From an uncultured Clostridia bacterium (lineage in GTDB: Bacteria; Bacillota; Clostridia; TANB77; CAG-508), in assembly GCA_944388665.1 (NCBI GenBank), contig CALXJQ010000003.1, forward strand, positions 1 to 47,095: a stretch of 47,095 nucleotides of DNA, written 5' to 3'. Numbering within the stretch: position 1 is the stretch's first letter; each line of letters opens with the position of its first letter. Under the pieces are notes generated by a model. That model saw only the letters and a list, made by a program, of their open reading frames with translations, was not told where the DNA came from and did no database searches. Positions 42,650 through 47,095 of the stretch are shown here, piece after piece. Position numbers and translations under genes: made by a program.

Positions 42650-43447
42650 ATGGAATTTTTTGATAGTCACGCTCATTTGGATGATGCAAAGTTCGATTCA
42701 GATAGAGAAAAATTAATTGATGAAATTTATAAATCTGGCGTTACAAAGCTAGTATCAGCAGGATACAGCTTAGAAGGGTCCAAAAAAGGCGTCGAGCTCG
42801 CCAATAAATATGATTTTATTTATACAACAAGTGGCATTTCCCCAAATGATGTTCCAGAGGGCGACGATTTTCCACAATTAGAGAACAATTTGTGGAAAAC
42901 TTTAACAAAAATAAAAGATTTAGCAAAACAAAATTCTAAAGTTGTTGCTATAGGAGAAATTGGCTTAGATTATTATTGGAATAAAGAAAATAAAGACTTA
43001 CAAAAGCTGGCTTTTACAGCCCAAATTGACATCGCAAATGAACTAAATTTGCCAATTGTAATACACACTAGGGAAGCTGTGATGGACACGCTTCAGATTC
43101 TGAAAGAACACCCTGTAAATCAAAAAGGAGTATTTCACTGTTGCCCTTTAAACAGAGAATTAGTAAAAGAGGCCCTAAAGCTAGACTTTTTCATTTCTTT
43201 TGCTGGCCCAGTGACATTCAAAAATTCAAAAAATGCCAATGAAATCGTTAATCTAGTGCCACTAGACCACATTTTAATTGAAACAGATAGTCCTTACCTA
43301 TCCCCTGAACCATTAAGAGGCAGAAGAAATGACTCAAGAAATGTAAAATATATTGCACAAAAAATCGCAGACTTTAGAGGAATTTCCTTAGAAAAAGTGG
43401 CACAAATAACATATCAAAATGCGAAAAAAATATTTAAAATTTCTTAA
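42650..43447 (+). CDS. tatD: TatD family nuclease
   Basis: DSHAHL, GEIGLDY, IHTREA, FHC, ETDSPYL. Confidence 0.95.
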   Translation: MEFFDSHAHLDDAKFDSDREKLIDEIYKSGVTKLVSAGYSLEGSKKGVELANKYDFIYTTSGISPNDVPEGDDFPQLENNLWKTLTKIKDLAKQNSKVVAIGEIGLDYYWNKENKDLQKLAFTAQIDIANELNLPIVIHTREAVMDTLQILKEHPVNQKGVFHCCPLNRELVKEALKLDFFISFAGPVTFKNSKNANEIVNLVPLDHILIETDSPYLSPEPLRGRRNDSRNVKYIAQKIADFRGISLEKVAQITYQNAKKIFKIS

Positions 43448-43449
43448 AC

Positions 43450-43510
43450 GAACTTTGGGGACGTTCCCCAAAGTTCAAGATGCTTTTTTCCTCCGTCCCC
43501 AAAAACACCT
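43450..43510. repeat. REP-like composite A (43450-43476) + B (43478-43510) between convergent genes
   Basis: GAACTTTGGGGACGTTCCCCAAAGTTC-a-AGATGCTTTTTTCCTCCGTCCCCAAAAACACCT. Confidence 0.95.
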
Positions 43511-44742
43511 TATTTTTTAGCGAGCAATATGAAGTTTAGTATGTTTACTATTAATGAAATAATTAATATTACTGCTATTAAAATGGTAACTGTATGGTCT
43601 TTTTCAATGTTTAGTTCTTTGTAAAGGGTGTCATATTTGGCTTTGGCTTCGTTATAGAGTTTTTCTAGCTCGAAGGTTTCTTGGAGCTTGTGGTTTAGGA
43701 TGGTGCCGATTTCGTCTTCGGTTATTTCTTGTATCCACAAGTTTTTGGTGAAGTCGATGAATTTTCTGCGGGCTTTTTTTATTTTTTTTATGTTCTGGAA
43801 GTCTGCGCTGAGTTTTTTTAGATATATTTTTTTGTATAAGTTTAATATATATAAGTAGAAATATTGGTTTTCGAATTCTTCTGGTAATTTAGTGTAGTTG
43901 TTGCTGTCGCAGTTTGAGCTGAATAGCATTACGCCAAGCTTAGAGATGCCAAGTTTTGCATAGTTCCATTTTGAAAAACTTTGTATTTTGTCAAAGTCTA
44001 TTTTTCTAGTATCATCTGATGGCAAGACACTAGCATACTTTGAAAAGTAGTCTTTTACGTTATCAAAGCCTATAGTGTTATTCCAATATTGCTGATCTAT
44101 GCAAGCATAAGAATATGTAAGAAATCTTTCGGTGTCTATGTCAAGCTTAGAGGCTTCGGTATTAGAGCCAGTGATATTATGTATGAATTCTTGAAAGTCC
44201 TCTATGCTTTCGAAGCTATCTGTTTGGATTTTTATGTTATCGTTACTGTTTTGTCTTTCAAATTTGTTGTTTATGTCTCTAAATTTGTAGTTGAAGTCAA
44301 GTATATTAGCAAAGTTGTCCGCATCTTCTACATTTGTTTTTATTGCTAAAAAGCATATTCCTGTGTTAAAACAGATTATTTCTATTTTTTGAATTGTAAA
44401 AAATATGCCTGTACGGTTTCCAACTTTACCTTGTATATCCTGTTTTAGTTGATATTCAAATATATTGCATGGATATTTGCTAAGGATTGCTGCTCTAGTT
44501 TCTAATGGAAGATCTTCTAATTTTTTTAATTTTGCACTGCTAAATGTGAAACTTGAAAATAATATTTCTCTAGCTTTAGGCAAGAAATAGTTGCATATAT
44601 TAAGGTCCTGCCCTTTTTTAAAGATTTTCAATTGACATTTAGGATCTTTTAGTATTTTTAGTATATATTTTTGATATTTTCCATCTTTTATAACAAATGG
44701 ATATATAAAATACGTATACTGATAATTTGTCTTTAGTTCCAT
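43510..44742 (-). CDS. Hypothetical protein with C-terminal transmembrane helix
   Basis: 410 aa ORF, GGAAAGGG RBS, hydrophobic C-terminus; no family confidently recognised. Confidence 0.8.
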   Translation of the reverse strand: MELKTNYQYTYFIYPFVIKDGKYQKYILKILKDPKCQLKIFKKGQDLNICNYFLPKAREILFSSFTFSSAKLKKLEDLPLETRAAILSKYPCNIFEYQLKQDIQGKVGNRTGIFFTIQKIEIICFNTGICFLAIKTNVEDADNFANILDFNYKFRDINNKFERQNSNDNIKIQTDSFESIEDFQEFIHNITGSNTEASKLDIDTERFLTYSYACIDQQYWNNTIGFDNVKDYFSKYASVLPSDDTRKIDFDKIQSFSKWNYAKLGISKLGVMLFSSNCDSNNYTKLPEEFENQYFYLYILNLYKKIYLKKLSADFQNIKKIKKARRKFIDFTKNLWIQEITEDEIGTILNHKLQETFELEKLYNEAKAKYDTLYKELNIEKDHTVTILIAVILIISLIVNILNFILLAKK

Positions 44743-44782
44743 ATTTTTTCCCTTTCCTTCTACGACTTTAAATTATTTATAA

Positions 44783-46315
44783 CTAAGCATCTAATTGATT
44801 ATAGTAATTCATGTTCAAGTCTTTTCCGTAATGCCACCTACCTATAAAATCAATTTGCAAATAATCATCTAAATTGTAAATTGGTTCCTGTACTACATTG
44901 CCCGAGCTATCAATGCTACCCCATTTACCGTCTTTCTTTATGCCGGCAAATCCAAAAGCATTTTGCTCTGTGGCATCATCATATATATAATCTACTACAA
45001 GATTTCCTTCTTTGTCAACAAACCCATACTTTCCATTATTTTTGCTTAAAAATAGAGTAGAACTTGGGTTAACTTCTGCAGCTTGCTTTTCTTCAAAATT
45101 GTAAGTATAATATTTGTAATCGTCGTTCTGTCTTAGCTCCATATATCCTTTATCATCATTCATAGAGATTAGAATTCCCTTTTGCCTAGATGTAAATGTG
45201 TTGTCAAAAATTTCGTTATTAAAATCAGCGTCCTCTGCCACATATAAATCGCCTTTTTCATTATATGAAATCATTGCATAATTAAAATCAATCTTTGTAT
45301 TTCCTTCTAAATCAATTACTCCATATTTTCCATCTTCGTTTGCAATGAAAATTCCTGATTTTGTTTCTTTTAATGAATCGTAATTAGGCTCTATAAGAAC
45401 ATTTCCTGACAAGTCCATAACACCACTTTTTGAATCTTTCATGAAGATTATTCCTGCGCCCTCTGACTTTAATATACCTGTTATTGAATCATATCCACTT
45501 GTCAAAACTTCAGTTCCATCATTTTTTACTAACTTTGTTGTATCATCTTGCTTTACAACATAAAGATCATTGCCAGAGACTTTTTCTATTTCGTCATAAT
45601 TTGGCTCAAGTACAACATTATTTGAAGAATCTACAACACCGTATTTGCCATCTTCTGCCTCAACTATAAAGCCTGATACTGTATCTTTTCCCAAATTAGT
45701 TACATCAATGTATTTTGAATCAACCAATGTAGTTCCAGAATCATTTATAATGCCATAAGCCTCATTTTCTTTTACTTTCAGAACACCTTGAATACCTTGA
45801 ATTGGCTCAATTGCATCATATTTTATCTCTGTTAATTCTTTGCCTTGCAAGTTTATTATTCCATATTTGCCATCTTTTTTTACTTTTAAAACGTTTTTTT
45901 CATACCACGCATTTTGTGCATTATCAACATTTTGAATAGGTTCAACTTGATCATACTGGGTAAAAATTTGCTCGTTTTTGCTGTTTAATGCCAATGTTTT
46001 GTATTCACCAGTATCATAATTCACATCATAAGTACACAAAAACACATCTGTTTTGCTATCTGGAATAACTATCATCTCTGCATAAGATGGAGTTATAACA
46101 TCATTGCCTTTTTGGTCAATTACGCCCCATTTGTTATCTTTAAAACTAGCAAAATAGTCCTTACTTGTTATGCTTTCTTCTGTATCATTTTTAGTGAGAG
46201 TCCCGCTGGCTAAAAGATATATCAATACTACTATTATTACAAATATAAGTAGCACCGCCACCACCTTTTTCTTATTTAAATGTGGTTGATCATCATATCG
46301 TTTTCCTCTACTCAT
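44783..46315 (-). CDS. WG-repeat-containing membrane-anchored protein
   Basis: N-terminal transmembrane helix, then repeats of K(W/Y)G(V/I/F)(I/V)D..G..(V/L)I.P.YD. Confidence 0.88.
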   Translation of the reverse strand: MSRGKRYDDQPHLNKKKVVAVLLIFVIIVVLIYLLASGTLTKNDTEESITSKDYFASFKDNKWGVIDQKGNDVITPSYAEMIVIPDSKTDVFLCTYDVNYDTGEYKTLALNSKNEQIFTQYDQVEPIQNVDNAQNAWYEKNVLKVKKDGKYGIINLQGKELTEIKYDAIEPIQGIQGVLKVKENEAYGIINDSGTTLVDSKYIDVTNLGKDTVSGFIVEAEDGKYGVVDSSNNVVLEPNYDEIEKVSGNDLYVVKQDDTTKLVKNDGTEVLTSGYDSITGILKSEGAGIIFMKDSKSGVMDLSGNVLIEPNYDSLKETKSGIFIANEDGKYGVIDLEGNTKIDFNYAMISYNEKGDLYVAEDADFNNEIFDNTFTSRQKGILISMNDDKGYMELRQNDDYKYYTYNFEEKQAAEVNPSSTLFLSKNNGKYGFVDKEGNLVVDYIYDDATEQNAFGFAGIKKDGKWGSIDSSGNVVQEPIYNLDDYLQIDFIGRWHYGKDLNMNYYNQLDA

Positions 46316-46333
46316 AAGGACCCTCCCATTTTA

Positions 46334-47095
46334 TTATTTTTTATTAAATTTACATACAATAACTGTCATATCGTCTTTGATTTTTCCAAAATTATTATCT
46401 ATTGCTTCATTTAAAACTAAATTAGCTATTTTTTTCGTGTTAACTGTCTCGATGTCTTCTAAAAGATATTTTAGCCATAATTCTTTATTTTTGTACTCGA
46501 TGTTAGCATCTAGTACGCCATCTGTACACATTAGCATTATATCTCCTGATGCTATATCTCTATCGAAGCTTTGAAGATTACTATTTTCAACTATTCCAGT
46601 TGGTAATGAGTTGGCCTTTATTATTTGCACGCTCTTTTTGTTTTTAATATAAGTAGGGCATGCAGCACTTTTGATAAATTCAATGTTGCCTGCATATAAA
46701 TCTATTATTGCAATATCTAGTGTTGCAAACATTTCACTCTCTTGGCTCATTAATGAAGTATTTATTAAATCAAGTGAAATTTCTTTATCAAACCCTGAAA
46801 GCAGCAAATTTTCTAACATCCTTAAAGCCCTGCTACTGCTATTTTTTGCTGACTTGCCTGTGCCCATTCCATCGCTAATTGCAACTAGATATTTTCCATC
46901 TTTTAGCCTGATATTTAGCATGCTATCCCCAGAAAGCTCACTTCCATTTTTAGTTGTTTCTGAAGTTCCTAGTGCCATTTCGTACTTATCATCTGAAATA
47001 AAGTCCAGCTTTTTACCTACGCTTGCTTCATCATTTAAAACTATAGGCTCCCCTAGAACTTGAGTTAAAATCTTTTCAATTGCTTCTATTTTTGC
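46334..47095 (-). CDS. spoIIE: Stage II sporulation protein E, PP2C phosphatase C-terminus (5'-truncated by the window edge)
   Basis: SGDS, ISDGMGTG, FATLD, TDGV, DDMTV; the frame stays open to base 47095. Confidence 0.85.
   Translation of the reverse strand, partial: AKIEAIEKILTQVLGEPIVLNDEASVGKKLDFISDDKYEMALGTSETTKNGSELSGDSMLNIRLKDGKYLVAISDGMGTGKSAKNSSSRALRMLENLLLSGFDKEISLDLINTSLMSQESEMFATLDIAIIDLYAGNIEFIKSAACPTYIKNKKSVQIIKANSLPTGIVENSNLQSFDRDIASGDIMLMCTDGVLDANIEYKNKELWLKYLLEDIETVNTKKIANLVLNEAIDNNFGKIKDDMTVIVCKFNKK

Overview
AT-rich chromosomal window from a spore-forming Clostridia-type Firmicute (inferred from spoIIE, a Spo0E-like gene, gdpP-rplI-dnaB, trmFO and ymfFH). It is mostly core genes on the minus strand: acpP, plsX, rpsL-rpsG-fusA-tuf, trmFO, a SNF2 helicase, ymfF/ymfH, rpsU, nrdG, ftsH, tilS, dnaB, rplI, gdpP, rpoBC, exoA and spoIIE. 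lemA-htpX-acpS-tatD and a Rieske/FAD oxidoreductase lie on the plus strand. No rRNA, tRNA or CRISPR array was seen. The non-ordinary content is a dense REP-like system of about 20 short palindromes in three arm classes (A, B, C) that all carry a GGGACG core. These form composites and chimeras, and one trimer sits in frame inside tilS. Two class C clusters bracket an internally deleted RAYT-like (REP-associated tyrosine transposase) pseudogene. Flanking coding DNA shows a strand-asymmetric compositional halo centred on these repeats: C-rich to the left and G-rich to the right on the plus strand. Two long imperfect hairpins (6351-6467, 24441-24618) and a structured rpoB leader are also present. 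All family assignments come from motif recognition by eye; no searches were run.
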